Positions 47,149-58,171 are shown, counted from the first letter of the stretch. The stretch: 63,409 bases of DNA from an uncultured Bacteroides sp. (GCA_964651295.1 CAZYYV010000001.1:1-63409); one strand, 5' to 3'. The notes: a model not told the origin generated them from the sequence alone. Translations and numbers: made by a program.

Positions 47149-48371
47149 TGAAAACTACACTTCAACGAACCGCTACGGGTATGCCCGTACTCACCCTAAA
47201 TAAGGGTAAAGAAGAATCGCTCGACCGTTTCCACCCCTGGGTCTTTTCGGGTGCACTTACTTTTATGCCCCAAGATGGCAGTGGAGTAGAGGAGGGCGAC
47301 CTCGTTGCCATTGCAGCTCACGATGGTCGTATCGTTGGTATTGGTCATTTTCAGATAGGTAGCATTGCTGTGCGTATGCTCACTTTCGATGCCAACGAAA
47401 CTATTGACGATGCTTTCTATCGTCGTCGCCTCGAGCAAGCATTCGCTATGCGCCAAGCTCTCGGCTTGCCTAATGTAGATACTGATGCTTACCGCCTCGT
47501 TCATGGCGAAGGCGACTTCTTGCCAGGACTCGTTGTAGACGTTTATGGTGCAACTGCAGTTGTTCAAGCTCACTCTCCCGGTATGCACTTCGCCCGTAAG
47601 GCTATTGCTGAAGCTCTTGTTGCTATCGAAGGTCTTGGTGTTAAGAGTGTATATTATAAATCGGAGACAACTCTCCCTTATAAAGCTCGTCTCGATCCCG
47701 AGAATGGCTATCTTATTGGTAGCTTCATTGCTGATACAGCGCGCGAAAACGGTCTTACTTTCCGAATCGACTGGCTACGAGGTCAGAAAACCGGCTTCTT
47801 TGTCGATCAACGCGACAACCGCTCGCTCGTTGGTAAATATAGTCGCGGACGTTCGGTGCTTAATATGTTCTGCTATACTGGTGGTTTCTCTGTATATGCA
47901 CTCGCCGGAGGTGCGCGTGAAGTTGTATCGGTCGACTCATCGGCTAAAGCAATAACTCTTACAGATGCAAATGTCGATCTCAACTTCCAGGCTTGTACAT
48001 GCCACTCATCACGCGCAGAAGACGCCTTCAAGTATCTCGATGCGATGGAAAAAGGTCGGCACGATCTTATAATTCTCGACCCGCCAGCTTTCGCCAAGCA
48101 TCGTAGTGCGTTGCGCAATGCACTCCAAGGTTATCGTCGCCTCAACGCTAAAGCGTTTGAGAAGATAGCCCCCGGAGGTATTCTGTTTACCTTCTCTTGC
48201 TCGCAGGCTGTAAATAAAGACCAGTTCCGTCTTGCCGTATTTTCGGCAGCAGCTCAGTCGCGTCGTCGTGTGCGTATTCTCCACCAACTTACGCAACCGG
48301 CAGATCACCCTGTAAACATCTACCATCCTGAAGGTGAATACCTCAAGGGCTTGGTTCTGTATGTGGAATAA
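47145..48371 (+). CDS. rlmI: 23S rRNA m5C methyltransferase, RlmI family
   Basis: HPWVFSG PUA domain, GQKTGFF, LNMFCYTGGFS, ILDPPAF, EYLKG. Confidence 0.88.
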   Translation: MMKTTLQRTATGMPVLTLNKGKEESLDRFHPWVFSGALTFMPQDGSGVEEGDLVAIAAHDGRIVGIGHFQIGSIAVRMLTFDANETIDDAFYRRRLEQAFAMRQALGLPNVDTDAYRLVHGEGDFLPGLVVDVYGATAVVQAHSPGMHFARKAIAEALVAIEGLGVKSVYYKSETTLPYKARLDPENGYLIGSFIADTARENGLTFRIDWLRGQKTGFFVDQRDNRSLVGKYSRGRSVLNMFCYTGGFSVYALAGGAREVVSVDSSAKAITLTDANVDLNFQACTCHSSRAEDAFKYLDAMEKGRHDLIILDPPAFAKHRSALRNALQGYRRLNAKAFEKIAPGGILFTFSCSQAVNKDQFRLAVFSAAAQSRRRVRILHQLTQPADHPVNIYHPEGEYLKGLVLYVE

Positions 48372-48389
48372 TTTCACCTAATTAATATA

Positions 48390-50414
48390 ATGAAAAAAAC
48401 AATCATCGCAGCAGCAATGACATCACTTTTGATGGCTTCGTCGTGCTCTCGCACTGCTCAGCGTGCAACCTTTGACGACGATTTCAACTATCATGCCGAC
48501 CGTTTCGCCGACATTGAGGTCCTTCACTATAAAGTACCCGATTTCGAAAATTTGTCGCTTAATCAAAAGATTCTAGTTTACTATCTAACTGAAGCAGCAC
48601 TTTGGGGTCGCGACATCCTTTGGGATCAAAATAATATAAATAACCTTGCTATTCGTCAGCTTCTCGAAGGCGTCTATACAAATTTTGACGGCGACCGCGA
48701 AAGCGACGATTTTAAGGCTTTTGAGGTTTATATCAAGCAGGTGTGGTTTGGTAATGGTATTCATCACCATTACAGCACCGATAAATTCGTGCCCACATTC
48801 TCGCGCGAATTCCTAGAAGCTCGTATCGCAGCCCTCCCCGAAGGAGTTGTGCCAGCTAATTCTGCCGAACTTGTAGAACTTATCTTTAACCCTGAATTAG
48901 CTGCTAAACGCGTTAATCAGGCTGAAGGTGCCGATCTTATTGCTACTAGTGCAAATAACTACTACGAAGCCGGTCTTACACAGAAAGAAGTTGAAGACTA
49001 CTATGCATCAATCAAAAAGCCTAATGATGCCACTCCAATCTCTTATGGCCTTAACACTCGTCTTTGTAAGGTCAATGGCAAACTTGTAGAGGAGCAGTAT
49101 CGTATCGGCGGACTTTACTCTGACGCAATCGAGCACATCGTTGCCAATCTCGACAGCGCAAGCGTGTATGCCGAAAACGATGCTCAGAAGCAAATCATAG
49201 CATCGCTTATCGAGTTCTATACAACTGGCGATCTTGCTACATTTGATAAGTACTCGATTGAATGGGCTGAGGACACCCAATCACAAGTCGATTTTATCAA
49301 TGGATTTATCGAAAGCTATGGCGACCCTCTAGGTATGACCGGTGCGTGGGAATCAATCGTTAACTTCAAAAATATTCCTGCAAGCGAACGTACTGAAATT
49401 CTCAGCTCGAACGCTCAGTGGTTTGAAGATAATTCGCCCGTCGATAGTATTTTCAAAAAAGACAAAGTGAAAGGCGTTTCGGCTAAGGTTATCACCGCAG
49501 CCATTCTCGCAGGTGATTCATATCCTTCTACCCCTATCGGTATCAACCTCCCCAATGCGAACTGGATTCGTGCAGCACACGGCTCGAAGAGCGTAACTCT
49601 CGAGAATATTACCCAAGCCTATGACGCTGCATCGCATGGCAATGGCTTCAATGAAGAATTCGTTATCGACGAAGCTACAAGCAAGCTCCTTGATGATTAC
49701 CTCTTCATTACCGACAACCTCCACACCGACCTTCACGAATGTCTTGGTCATGGCTCAGGCCGTCTTCTCCCGGGTGTAGACCCCGATGCACTCAAGGCTC
49801 ACGGCTCGACTATCGAAGAAGCTCGTGCCGATCTCTTTGCGCTCTATTACCTCGCCGACCCCAAGATGGTTGAAATCGGTTTGCTCGATAATCCTGAGGC
49901 ATACAAGTCAGAATACTATAAATACATCCTTAATGGTATGATGACTCAACTTATGCGCATCGAACCCGGCAAAGACGTTGAAGAAGCACATATGCGCAAC
50001 CGTAAAATTATTGCAGAATGGGCTTATGAGCATGGTAAAGATAACAATGTAATCGAACTTATCAATCGCGACGGTAAGACATTCATTCAAATCAACGACT
50101 ACGAAGCGCTTCGCGGACTCTTTGGCGAGCTACTCGCTGAAATTCAGCGCATCCGATCAACGGGTGACTATGATGCAGCTTGCGCTCTCGTTGAAAAATA
50201 CGGTGTGAAAGTAGATCAAAAACTTCACAAAGAAGTACTCGAACGCTACGCAAAACTCGACATTGCTCCCTATAGAGGATTTGTTAACCCCGTATATACA
50301 GCCGTACGTGACGCTGAAGGTAATATCACAGACGTCAACATCTCTTACGAAGAAGGTTATGTCGACCAGATGCTTCGCTATAGCAAAGAGTATAACGGAC
50401 TTAAACTTAAATAA
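48390..50414 (+). CDS. Dipeptidyl-peptidase III (M49) lipoprotein
   Basis: HECLGH zinc motif, EEARAD; lipobox ASSC. Confidence 0.93.
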   Translation: MKKTIIAAAMTSLLMASSCSRTAQRATFDDDFNYHADRFADIEVLHYKVPDFENLSLNQKILVYYLTEAALWGRDILWDQNNINNLAIRQLLEGVYTNFDGDRESDDFKAFEVYIKQVWFGNGIHHHYSTDKFVPTFSREFLEARIAALPEGVVPANSAELVELIFNPELAAKRVNQAEGADLIATSANNYYEAGLTQKEVEDYYASIKKPNDATPISYGLNTRLCKVNGKLVEEQYRIGGLYSDAIEHIVANLDSASVYAENDAQKQIIASLIEFYTTGDLATFDKYSIEWAEDTQSQVDFINGFIESYGDPLGMTGAWESIVNFKNIPASERTEILSSNAQWFEDNSPVDSIFKKDKVKGVSAKVITAAILAGDSYPSTPIGINLPNANWIRAAHGSKSVTLENITQAYDAASHGNGFNEEFVIDEATSKLLDDYLFITDNLHTDLHECLGHGSGRLLPGVDPDALKAHGSTIEEARADLFALYYLADPKMVEIGLLDNPEAYKSEYYKYILNGMMTQLMRIEPGKDVEEAHMRNRKIIAEWAYEHGKDNNVIELINRDGKTFIQINDYEALRGLFGELLAEIQRIRSTGDYDAACALVEKYGVKVDQKLHKEVLERYAKLDIAPYRGFVNPVYTAVRDAEGNITDVNISYEEGYVDQMLRYSKEYNGLKLK

Positions 50415-50516
50415 AGTTAAAGAATATTGCCGAATCGCTGATTTTCACTAACTTTGCGTCCGAAATGCTGAAAAGCATCCAATTTATATATTATTCACAC
50501 TAAAAAATTTCTAAGA

Positions 50517-50792
50517 ATGCACTTAAATTCTGAAGAAAAAGTACAGATCTTCGAGAAATACGGTAAGGGTAAGACTGACACTGGCTCGCCTGAAGCACAG
50601 ATTGCATTATTCTCGGTTCGTATTGCTCACTTGACTCAGCACTTGAAGTCAAACCACAAAGATCATACAACTGAACGCGCACTTAAAATGCTTGTAGGTA
50701 AGCGTCGTCGTCTCCTCGACTACTTGATGCGTAAAGACATCAACCGCTACCGTGCCATCATCGCTCAGAAAGAGCTCGGTATCCGCAAGTAA
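50517..50792 (+). CDS. rpsO: 30S ribosomal protein S15
   Basis: DTGSPEAQIA, HKDH, GKRRRLLDYL. Confidence 0.99.
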   Translation: MHLNSEEKVQIFEKYGKGKTDTGSPEAQIALFSVRIAHLTQHLKSNHKDHTTERALKMLVGKRRRLLDYLMRKDINRYRAIIAQKELGIRK

Positions 50793-50814
50793 GTCGCAAG
50801 TACTTCAAAGCACA

Positions 50815-50850
50815 GTCGCTCCATTGCATAAGCAATGGAGCGATTTTTTT
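50815..50850 (+). terminator. Intrinsic terminator after rpsO
   Basis: gtcgctccattgc-ataa-gcaatggagcgat followed by a T-run. Confidence 0.88.
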
Positions 50851-50971
50851 ATATATAATCGAAAACACGAAGAGTCTCGGATTTTTTATTTGCATAAGAA
50901 AAAAAATACGATTAATTTTGAGCAACAATATAGAATGTAGCTTCGTTATACCACAATGTAATTCGAATGCC

Positions 50972-52558
50972 ATGAAAGTTAATCTACCTCCTCGTCGCGA
51001 TGGTAAACCGTCGGAGTTTATCGACCTAACCGATGCGTCTAGTTTTATCATAATTGGTGCAAACGGTGCCGGTAAGACTCGTTTTACATCTTCGATTGTA
51101 CGCTCCCTTGGTGAAAAGGCCTTTACTTTATCTGCCCTTGATGCGTTATATAATCGTCGAAGCGATAATGGTGAGTCGCCATCTTCATTGCGTAGTCATT
51201 TTTCGCCTATGGTGGTGTCGCAAGTTGAGAAGGGTAATACAATGCCTACTATTCTCGAACTTCTTCTTGCTCAATTGATGCACGATGAGATGATAAATTT
51301 GATTGGCTATAAATTAGCGCGGGCGAGTGGCGTTGACGCAGAATTGGGAAAGACGCATCTCGATAGCGTTATTAATTTGTGGCAAGATGTTTTCCCAGGA
51401 AATAAGATGCTAATTGATAGCGGTAAAATCTTATTTACCCGTGGTATAGATATGAATACTTATTCGGCACTTCGATTGTCGGATGGTGAACGAGCTGTAT
51501 TATATTATGCCGGTGCGATACAGTATGCACCTAAGGGAGCGGTGATATTCGTTGATACCCCGGAGGTGTTTTTGCATCCTTCTTTGGTTGCATCTTTGTG
51601 GAATCGTCTTGAAGCACTTCGTAGCGATTGTACATTCTGCTATACAACGCATGACCCCGAATTTGCATCATCTCGCAATGGAGCTCCGGTTGTTTGGGTG
51701 CGCGACTGCGACCCTGAACATGGTTCGTGGGACTATGATATAATGCCGGCGCAGACTGAAATTGCACCTGAAATATATATGACGCTCGTTGGTGCTCGTA
51801 AGCCTGTACTCTTTATTGAGGGAGACTCACAGCACTCTATCGATGCTAAGCTATATCCGCTTATTTTCCCCGATTATACAGTTCGCTCGCTTGGAAGTTG
51901 TAATAAGGTTATAGAGTCGACTCGAACATTCAATGATTTGGCATCGTTTCACAAAATGGATTCGATGGGCATAGTCGACCGCGATCGTCGTGACGATACC
52001 GAAGTAGCTTATTTGCGTCGCAAGCGTATTATGGTTCCTGATGTAGCCGAGATTGAAAACTTACTATTGATAGAAGATATAGTTCGCACTATGGCTTCGA
52101 TTAATGATAAAGATCCCAATCGAGTTTTTGTCAAGGTTCGTAAGACAATTCTCGCACTATTTAAAGGCGACCTTAAGCAACAAGCATTGTTACATACTCG
52201 TCATCGAGTGAAACGCATAGTAGAGTATCGAGTTGACGCTCGTTGTGCAAGTATTGATACTCTCGAAGATCATCTTACGTCGCTTGTTGAAGAAATCAAT
52301 GCAGAGCGAATATATAATGATTTTTGTCGTAAATTTCATGAGTATGTACGCGAAGGCAATTATGAAGCCGTTTTGCGAGTTTTTAATCAGAAGTCTATGC
52401 TTTCAAGTTGCAATGTAGCCCAACTATGTGGATATAAAAATAAAGATAGCTACATCCGTGGTATTATTTCGGTGCTTCGTAAAGCTACCCCTGAGGCAAT
52501 GGTAATCAGAAATGCCGTTAAAAAGTGTCTTGGAGCCGATTTACAAAGCGTCTCATAA
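50972..52558 (+). CDS. ABC-type ATPase + TOPRIM (DUF4435 / OLD-like) protein
   Basis: GANGAGKT, LSDGE, FVDTPE..LHP, TTHD, FIEG..D, GIVDRD; likely ATG 50972. Confidence 0.8.
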   Translation: MKVNLPPRRDGKPSEFIDLTDASSFIIIGANGAGKTRFTSSIVRSLGEKAFTLSALDALYNRRSDNGESPSSLRSHFSPMVVSQVEKGNTMPTILELLLAQLMHDEMINLIGYKLARASGVDAELGKTHLDSVINLWQDVFPGNKMLIDSGKILFTRGIDMNTYSALRLSDGERAVLYYAGAIQYAPKGAVIFVDTPEVFLHPSLVASLWNRLEALRSDCTFCYTTHDPEFASSRNGAPVVWVRDCDPEHGSWDYDIMPAQTEIAPEIYMTLVGARKPVLFIEGDSQHSIDAKLYPLIFPDYTVRSLGSCNKVIESTRTFNDLASFHKMDSMGIVDRDRRDDTEVAYLRRKRIMVPDVAEIENLLLIEDIVRTMASINDKDPNRVFVKVRKTILALFKGDLKQQALLHTRHRVKRIVEYRVDARCASIDTLEDHLTSLVEEINAERIYNDFCRKFHEYVREGNYEAVLRVFNQKSMLSSCNVAQLCGYKNKDSYIRGIISVLRKATPEAMVIRNAVKKCLGADLQSVS

Positions 52559-52660
52559 TCAGTCGAGAACGATTTTATTGCAAAAATAGTTGTTTGAAAA
52601 TTTGGTGGAATCGAAAAAAGTTACTACCTTTGCAACGCAAAAGCAAAAAGACACCATAAT

Positions 52661-52747
52661 GGAGAGGTGGGTGAGTGGCTGAAACCACCAGTTTGCTAAA
52701 CTGACGTAGGAGCAATCCTACCACGAGTTCGAATCTCGTCCTCTCCG
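52661..52747 (+). tRNA. tRNA-Ser(GCT)
   Basis: GGAGAGG/CCTCTCC acceptor, loop TTGCTAA, long variable arm, GTTCGAATC; promoter TTTG...TACCTTTG at 52601-52632; CCA not encoded. Confidence 0.97.
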
Positions 52748-52865
52748 CATGACAACAGACAAGCAATCGCTTGTCTGTTGTTGTATATATCTGTGAGTAA
52801 TAATTGTCCATGTGGGTAATGATGGTGTAATACAAAAAAAGCAGACTCTGATGAGTCTGCTTTAG

Positions 52866-52938
52866 TAGCGAATCTGGGAATCGAACCCAGGTCTCCACCG
52901 TGAGAGGGTGGCGTGCTAGGCCACTACACTAAATCGCC
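52866..52938 (-). tRNA. tRNA-Glu(CTC)
   Basis: Anticodon arm CCACC-CTCTCAC-GGTGG, GGTTCGATTCC; TACCTTTG box upstream; terminator at about 52834-52863. Confidence 0.93.
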
Positions 52939-53207
52939 ATTTGCACTGTTTAGAGCATTTCGCTTTTGCGCTGCAAAGGTAATCTGACTTTTTCGATTGC
53001 GCAATAATTCCGGTTTGTTTTAACAGAATTTTAACAGTGTGAACCTGTTGTTCGGAAGTCAATAATATACCAGTTGACCCAGTATTAATTTACTAATAAG
53101 TATCGAGGCTATCACATTTTTGAGTGCTAGCATTTTCTAGAAATTATTAATTTTTGCTATATTATTCCAGTTTGTCGGGTCATTATCGTATATTTAGACG
53201 GACGGAT

Positions 53208-53495
53208 ATGATAGATTGCAGCACTTTTGAGAAGTTTGATAGCCTTGTTTCTCTTACCTCTCCTCAAGAAGTTGATAAAGAACTATCTGAAGTCGTGGAG
53301 TGCGACGAAGCTTATATCGGTGGACAAGAGAAGCACTAACACGCACGGCTATCTGCGCAACGAGAAGGCAAAGTGGTTGCAAAGAAAACGACCAATGTAC
53401 AAGGCAAGCACCTTTGTGGTATTATAAATAAGTTTGTTAAACCAGGTTCTCGCATCTTCACAGACGAATATATTGGCTATAACACCCTTATATGA
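53208..53495 (+). pseudogene. IS1595 DDE transposase remnant
   Basis: VVECDEAYIGGQEKH*HA...QREGKVVAK...FVKPGSRIFTDEYIGYNTL in one frame with an internal TAA and large deletions. Confidence 0.85.
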
Positions 53496-53508
53496 AGAGA
53501 AAAATTTA

Positions 53509-54053
53509 CCTAAATTACCTGTTTTCTTTTCAACCCCAATTCAAAACAAAATGAAATATATTGAGAAATACAATCAAAATAATGTAGACGGTATTTCTCA
53601 ATGGTACGAATATATTGAGAATTTAAAAGATTATATATCAAATAATTCAATAGCATGGGATATGGCAAATAGATATTTTCATTTCTCAAATGGAGCAATA
53701 CATCTAGAAGAATTGTAATATGATGTTACTTTTATTGTTAGGACTAATGAATATAGACAAAAGAATTATGTTTATATATTTCAACTTGACCAAAAAAACA
53801 TCAATTTGGATTAAAAGTACCACCAGCAACGGAGTCGCATTATAGACTAAATCGGATTATCTCGGAAGTTATAAATAAGTATATAGAGAATACATTAAAT
53901 AATAATTCAAAGCGAATAATTAGACTAACAAAATCCGAATTACGGGAAGTAATAAAAGAGTCTGTAAGAACAATACTTAACGAACACAATTGTAAAAGAA
54001 AAAAGGGAGGTAGTGGAGTATCGGCCAGGACTTTAAATTGTGTCCATTCTTGA
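53509..54053 (+). pseudogene. Passenger gene remnant with a phage-type C-terminal motif
   Basis: TAA at 53716-53718 and a frameshift near the A7 run at about 53792; ends FGLKVPP...KRIIRLTKSELREVIKESVRTILNE. Confidence 0.55.
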
Positions 54054-54276
54054 CATTAGGTCAAGAGCTTTTATGATGCTTAGATACACTTCGATGACTG
54101 TTCAAGCGTTTAAACTTCTCGACGCAATCAGCGTTCGGTAAATATTTCAAGCAGAAAGTGGGTATTGGTCCAAAGTAATATCGAATTGATTTAAGATAGG
54201 TATAAAATCGAAGTCTTTTGCCAATTGTTGCGCATATCTAAAAAATATCGTATTTTTGTAGTCTCATCAAAAAACT

Positions 54277-55716
54277 ATGAAACTACATAAAATAGTATCG
54301 ACAATAGTCCTCGGAGCTGCTGCTTTTACGATGGTGGCAGGTCCGATTGACGAAGCTCGAAAGTTATATCATAATGGCGAATATGAGGTTGTAATCGAAA
54401 AATTGAAGACAGCTATCAAACGCCAACCAAAAGATGGTAATGTTACTTTCTTTTATGGTGCATCACTATATGCACTCGGTCGTGTTGACGAAGCTATCAA
54501 ACCGTTGACTGTGGCAGAGGGTAGAGGAGTTGCACAGGCTTCTCAAATATTGACTGAAATAGCGCTTGACCGATATGATGCGGCATCTGCGTCGGCTCAT
54601 CTTGATGAATGGGCGGAGATGCTAGAAAAGAAAGATAAAGAAACTCCGGCAGTTTTCGATGAGTTATCGGCTCGTGCTATGATGATGAGCAATATGCTTG
54701 ATCGAGTGGAACGAATTGAGGTGATAGATTCATTGTCGGTTGATAGCGCTACATTCTTTAGTTATTATCGATTGTCTTCTGCTGCCGGTCGTATCCTTCC
54801 GCCAGATGCCGTTAGTCGTCTAGGTGCGGGTGTAGGTCAGCAAGAATTATCGGTAGCTTATATGCCTGAAAATCGCAGTGAATTGCTATGGGCTGCTGCT
54901 GATTCGACCGGGAATTATCGATTATATAGTGCCGATATTCTCGATGATGGTACGATTGATCATACTATACAACTTGATGAAAGTCTTTGTGGAGGAGGTG
55001 ATGCAATCTATCCATTCTTGATGCCCGATGGTATGACCCTTTACTTTGCATCTGATGGAGAAAATTCCCTTGGTGGTTACGACATATTTATGACGCGCCG
55101 AACTGATTCTGCCGATGGTGGTAAAGAGTTCTATCAGCCTCAAAATGTCGGTATGCCTTATAATTCGCCTTATAACGACTACCTCCTTGCAATAGACGAA
55201 ACTTCTGGTTTAGGATGGTGGGCAACAGACCGTAGTGCAGATGCCGGTCGTGTTACAATATATGTGTTCATACCATCGCAAATGCGAGTGAATGTTGAGC
55301 CCGGCGATCCTAATCTTGCTTCGTTGGCTCGTCTGGATAATATTTCACTTACCCAAAAAGCAGATGTTGATTATCGTGAATTGTTGGGTAATCGTTTGCC
55401 TCCTGAAGATGTCGAAATTAGTGGCGAATTCTCTAAGTCGCCTACATTCGCATTGGATATGGGCAATGGTAAGGTCTATTATCGTCTATCCGACTTTAAG
55501 AACGAACGCGCCAAAGCAGCAATGCTCGAGGCTTTGGCAACAGAATCGGGGCTCCGCAAACACCTAATTCATGAGGAGAATCTACGTTCTCGCTATTCAA
55601 AGGGAGATAAGTCGGTGGCAAGTGCTATTTTGGAGTCTGAAGCTGAGACCGCTCGACTTCGTGCACGATTTGCTTCGCAGCGAAACGATGCTGTCCGTCT
55701 CGAAACTAGAAATTAA
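54277..55716 (+). CDS. Secreted TPR + PD40/TolB-like propeller protein
   Basis: Signal peptide; N-terminal TPR; YPFLMPDGMTLYFASDG, LGGYDIF, PQNVGMPYNSPYND. Confidence 0.82.
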   Translation: MKLHKIVSTIVLGAAAFTMVAGPIDEARKLYHNGEYEVVIEKLKTAIKRQPKDGNVTFFYGASLYALGRVDEAIKPLTVAEGRGVAQASQILTEIALDRYDAASASAHLDEWAEMLEKKDKETPAVFDELSARAMMMSNMLDRVERIEVIDSLSVDSATFFSYYRLSSAAGRILPPDAVSRLGAGVGQQELSVAYMPENRSELLWAAADSTGNYRLYSADILDDGTIDHTIQLDESLCGGGDAIYPFLMPDGMTLYFASDGENSLGGYDIFMTRRTDSADGGKEFYQPQNVGMPYNSPYNDYLLAIDETSGLGWWATDRSADAGRVTIYVFIPSQMRVNVEPGDPNLASLARLDNISLTQKADVDYRELLGNRLPPEDVEISGEFSKSPTFALDMGNGKVYYRLSDFKNERAKAAMLEALATESGLRKHLIHEENLRSRYSKGDKSVASAILESEAETARLRARFASQRNDAVRLETRN

Positions 55717-55734
55717 CACCTTAAATAATACGCT

Positions 55735-56718
55735 ATGGAATTTACAGCAATTCTAATTGTAGTTTTGGTAGTAGTTCTTCTTATAGTATTTTTCTACTAC
55801 TGTCCATTCTTTTTATGGATTTCCGCCCAAGTAAGTGGCGTGCGTATTTCGCTCGTTCAACTTGTCTTGATGCGTATACGTCAAGTGCCTGCAAGTATTA
55901 TTGTGCGAGCGCTTATTGAAGCACACAAAGCAGGATTGAGCGATGTAAGTCGCGATGATCTTGAAGCACACTATCTTGCCGGTGGTAATGTAGAACGTGT
56001 TGTTCATGCTCTTGTTTCTGCGTCTAAAGCAAATATCGACCTTGGGTTGAAGATGGCAACTGCAATCGACCTTGCCGGTCGCGATGTATTCCAAGCAGTG
56101 CAGATGAGTGTCAATCCCAAAGTGATTGATACGCCTCCTGTTACAGCTGTAGCAAAAGATGGTATTCAACTTATTGCCAAGGCTCGTGTAACTGTCCGTG
56201 CAAATATTCGTCAACTAGTTGGTGGCGCCGGTGAAGATACTGTCCTCGCTCGTGTAGGCGAGGGTATTGTCTCGTCGATTGGTTCGGCTGACAGTCATAA
56301 GAGTGTACTTGAAAACCCTGACTCGATTTCTAAACTCGTTCTCAGCAAAGGTCTTGATTCAGGCACAGCTTTCGAAATTCTCTCGATTGATATAGCCGAT
56401 ATCGATATAGGTCGAAACATCGGCGCTACTCTCCAAATCGATCAAGCTCAAGCCGATAAAAGTATAGCACAAGCGAAGGCGGAAGAACGTCGCGCAATGG
56501 CGATTGCGCGTGAGCAAGAAATGAAAGCTCTTGCCCAAGAAGCTCGTGCGAAAGTTATTGAAGCAGAGTGTGAATTGCCGAAAGCTATGGCGCAAGCATT
56601 CCTTAACGGCAATCTTGGCATTATGGATTACTATAAAATGAAGAATATCGAAGCCGACACCAATATGCGTGAAAGTCTTGGTACTCCGAATAACCAAACA
56701 CCCGAAATTCGCGAATGA
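55735..56718 (+). CDS. floA: Flotillin-like protein FloA (YqfA)
   Basis: [42 protein letters not shown]. Confidence 0.95.
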   Translation: MEFTAILIVVLVVVLLIVFFYYCPFFLWISAQVSGVRISLVQLVLMRIRQVPASIIVRALIEAHKAGLSDVSRDDLEAHYLAGGNVERVVHALVSASKANIDLGLKMATAIDLAGRDVFQAVQMSVNPKVIDTPPVTAVAKDGIQLIAKARVTVRANIRQLVGGAGEDTVLARVGEGIVSSIGSADSHKSVLENPDSISKLVLSKGLDSGTAFEILSIDIADIDIGRNIGATLQIDQAQADKSIAQAKAEERRAMAIAREQEMKALAQEARAKVIEAECELPKAMAQAFLNGNLGIMDYYKMKNIEADTNMRESLGTPNNQTPEIRE

Positions 56719-58169
56719 CAACTCTTTTAGTTAGTTTGGCAGTACTTGTAGGCGGATATTTCGTCTATGGTATGCTCGTTGAACGAGTGTTTGGAATAGA
56801 TGCCAAACGACTGATGCCGGCTCAAACTAAAGCCGACGGCATCGACTATGTCGAAATGCCTACGTGGAAGGTATTCTTGATTCAATTCTTGAATATTGCC
56901 GGACTTGGACCGATTTTCGGTGCCATTATGGGAGTTATGTTCGGCCCGATGGCATTTATATGGATTGTTGTCGGCACCATCTTCGGAGGTGCTGTTCACG
57001 ATTTCATCTCTGCCATGATGTCGATTCGTAGCGGTGGCGACTCCTTGCCCGAGTTAGTCGGACGAGAACTTGGTCCGGTTATCAAGCAAGTTCTTCGAGT
57101 AGTTTCGCTTGTGCTTTTGATTCTTGTAGGGGCAGTGTTTGTTATCACTCCAGCGCAACTTCTTGCAGGGATGACTCCCGAATGGATGGATGCGATATTC
57201 TGGATTGCCATTATATTCATCTATTATATGATGGCTACATTGTTGCCAATTGATAAACTTATTGGCAGGTTCTATCCTATCTTTGGATTTGCACTCCTCT
57301 TTATGGCGGTAAGCTTACTATATGTTCTTTTCTTCGGTGGTTATACAATTCCCGATGGCTTTACCGATGGACTTTGGAATCGCCATACTAATCCCGATTC
57401 GCACCCTATTTTCCCGATGATGTTTGTCAGCATCGCTTGTGGTGCGATATCAGGATTTCATGCTACACAGTCGCCGATGATGGCACGTTGTTTGAAGAAT
57501 GAAAAACTTGCTCGCCCTGTTTTTTATGGTGCTATGGTTGCAGAAGGTATTGTAGCTCTTATTTGGGCCGCTGCAGCAATCACTTTCACCGGTGGATATG
57601 AGCAACTCTCCGAATATATGGCAAACCATGCAGGTGCAGGCGATCTCGTGAGCGATATTGCTAATACTTGGTTGGGGGCTTTCGGTGGATTTTTGGCATT
57701 GCTAGGTGTGATTGTTGCGCCAATTACAACAGGTGATACAGCTCTCCGTTCTGCTCGACTTATAGCAGCCGATTTTCTTCATATCGATCAGTCAAAATTG
57801 TCGAAACGTCTCCTAGTATCGATTCCGATATTCGCAGTCGCTTTCTTCTTGATGCTTATAGATTTCAATGTCCTTTGGCGCTATTTCGCGTGGACAAATC
57901 AGACTCTCGCAGCTTTTACCTTGTGGGCTGCCACTGTATATCTCGCACGTCATTGTAAGAAATATATTATTTGCCTCGTACCGGCTGTCTTTATGACTAT
58001 GGTTGTCGTTACGTATATCTTCGTAGCGCCTTCGCCCGAAGGATTCGGACTTCCGATGTCGGTAGGTATGTCTATAGGAGCGGCTGTTGACGCCCTCTGT
58101 ATTGGTCTATTTGTACGATATGAGGTACTCCGTCGTGCGGGTCGACTTAATCACGATGTTCCTTATTGA
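56715..58169 (+). CDS. cstA: Carbon starvation protein A family transporter
   Basis: [42 protein letters not shown]. Confidence 0.95.
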   Translation: MTTLLVSLAVLVGGYFVYGMLVERVFGIDAKRLMPAQTKADGIDYVEMPTWKVFLIQFLNIAGLGPIFGAIMGVMFGPMAFIWIVVGTIFGGAVHDFISAMMSIRSGGDSLPELVGRELGPVIKQVLRVVSLVLLILVGAVFVITPAQLLAGMTPEWMDAIFWIAIIFIYYMMATLLPIDKLIGRFYPIFGFALLFMAVSLLYVLFFGGYTIPDGFTDGLWNRHTNPDSHPIFPMMFVSIACGAISGFHATQSPMMARCLKNEKLARPVFYGAMVAEGIVALIWAAAAITFTGGYEQLSEYMANHAGAGDLVSDIANTWLGAFGGFLALLGVIVAPITTGDTALRSARLIAADFLHIDQSKLSKRLLVSIPIFAVAFFLMLIDFNVLWRYFAWTNQTLAAFTLWAATVYLARHCKKYIICLVPAVFMTMVVVTYIFVAPSPEGFGLPMSVGMSIGAAVDALCIGLFVRYEVLRRAGRLNHDVPY

Positions 58170-58171
58170 TT

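Larger units (their letters stand above)
53074..54064 (+). mobile_element. Decayed IS1595-family element with a passenger gene
   Basis: Imperfect 15-bp terminal inverted repeats ttgacccagtattaa / ttgacattaggtcaa (11/15); AT-rich; transposase remnant inside. Confidence 0.6.

Noticed and set aside
53208-54053. Stop-codon recoding as an explanation of the internal stops in the IS region
   Set aside because: The internal stops are TAA and come with a frameshift and deletions, which fits decay
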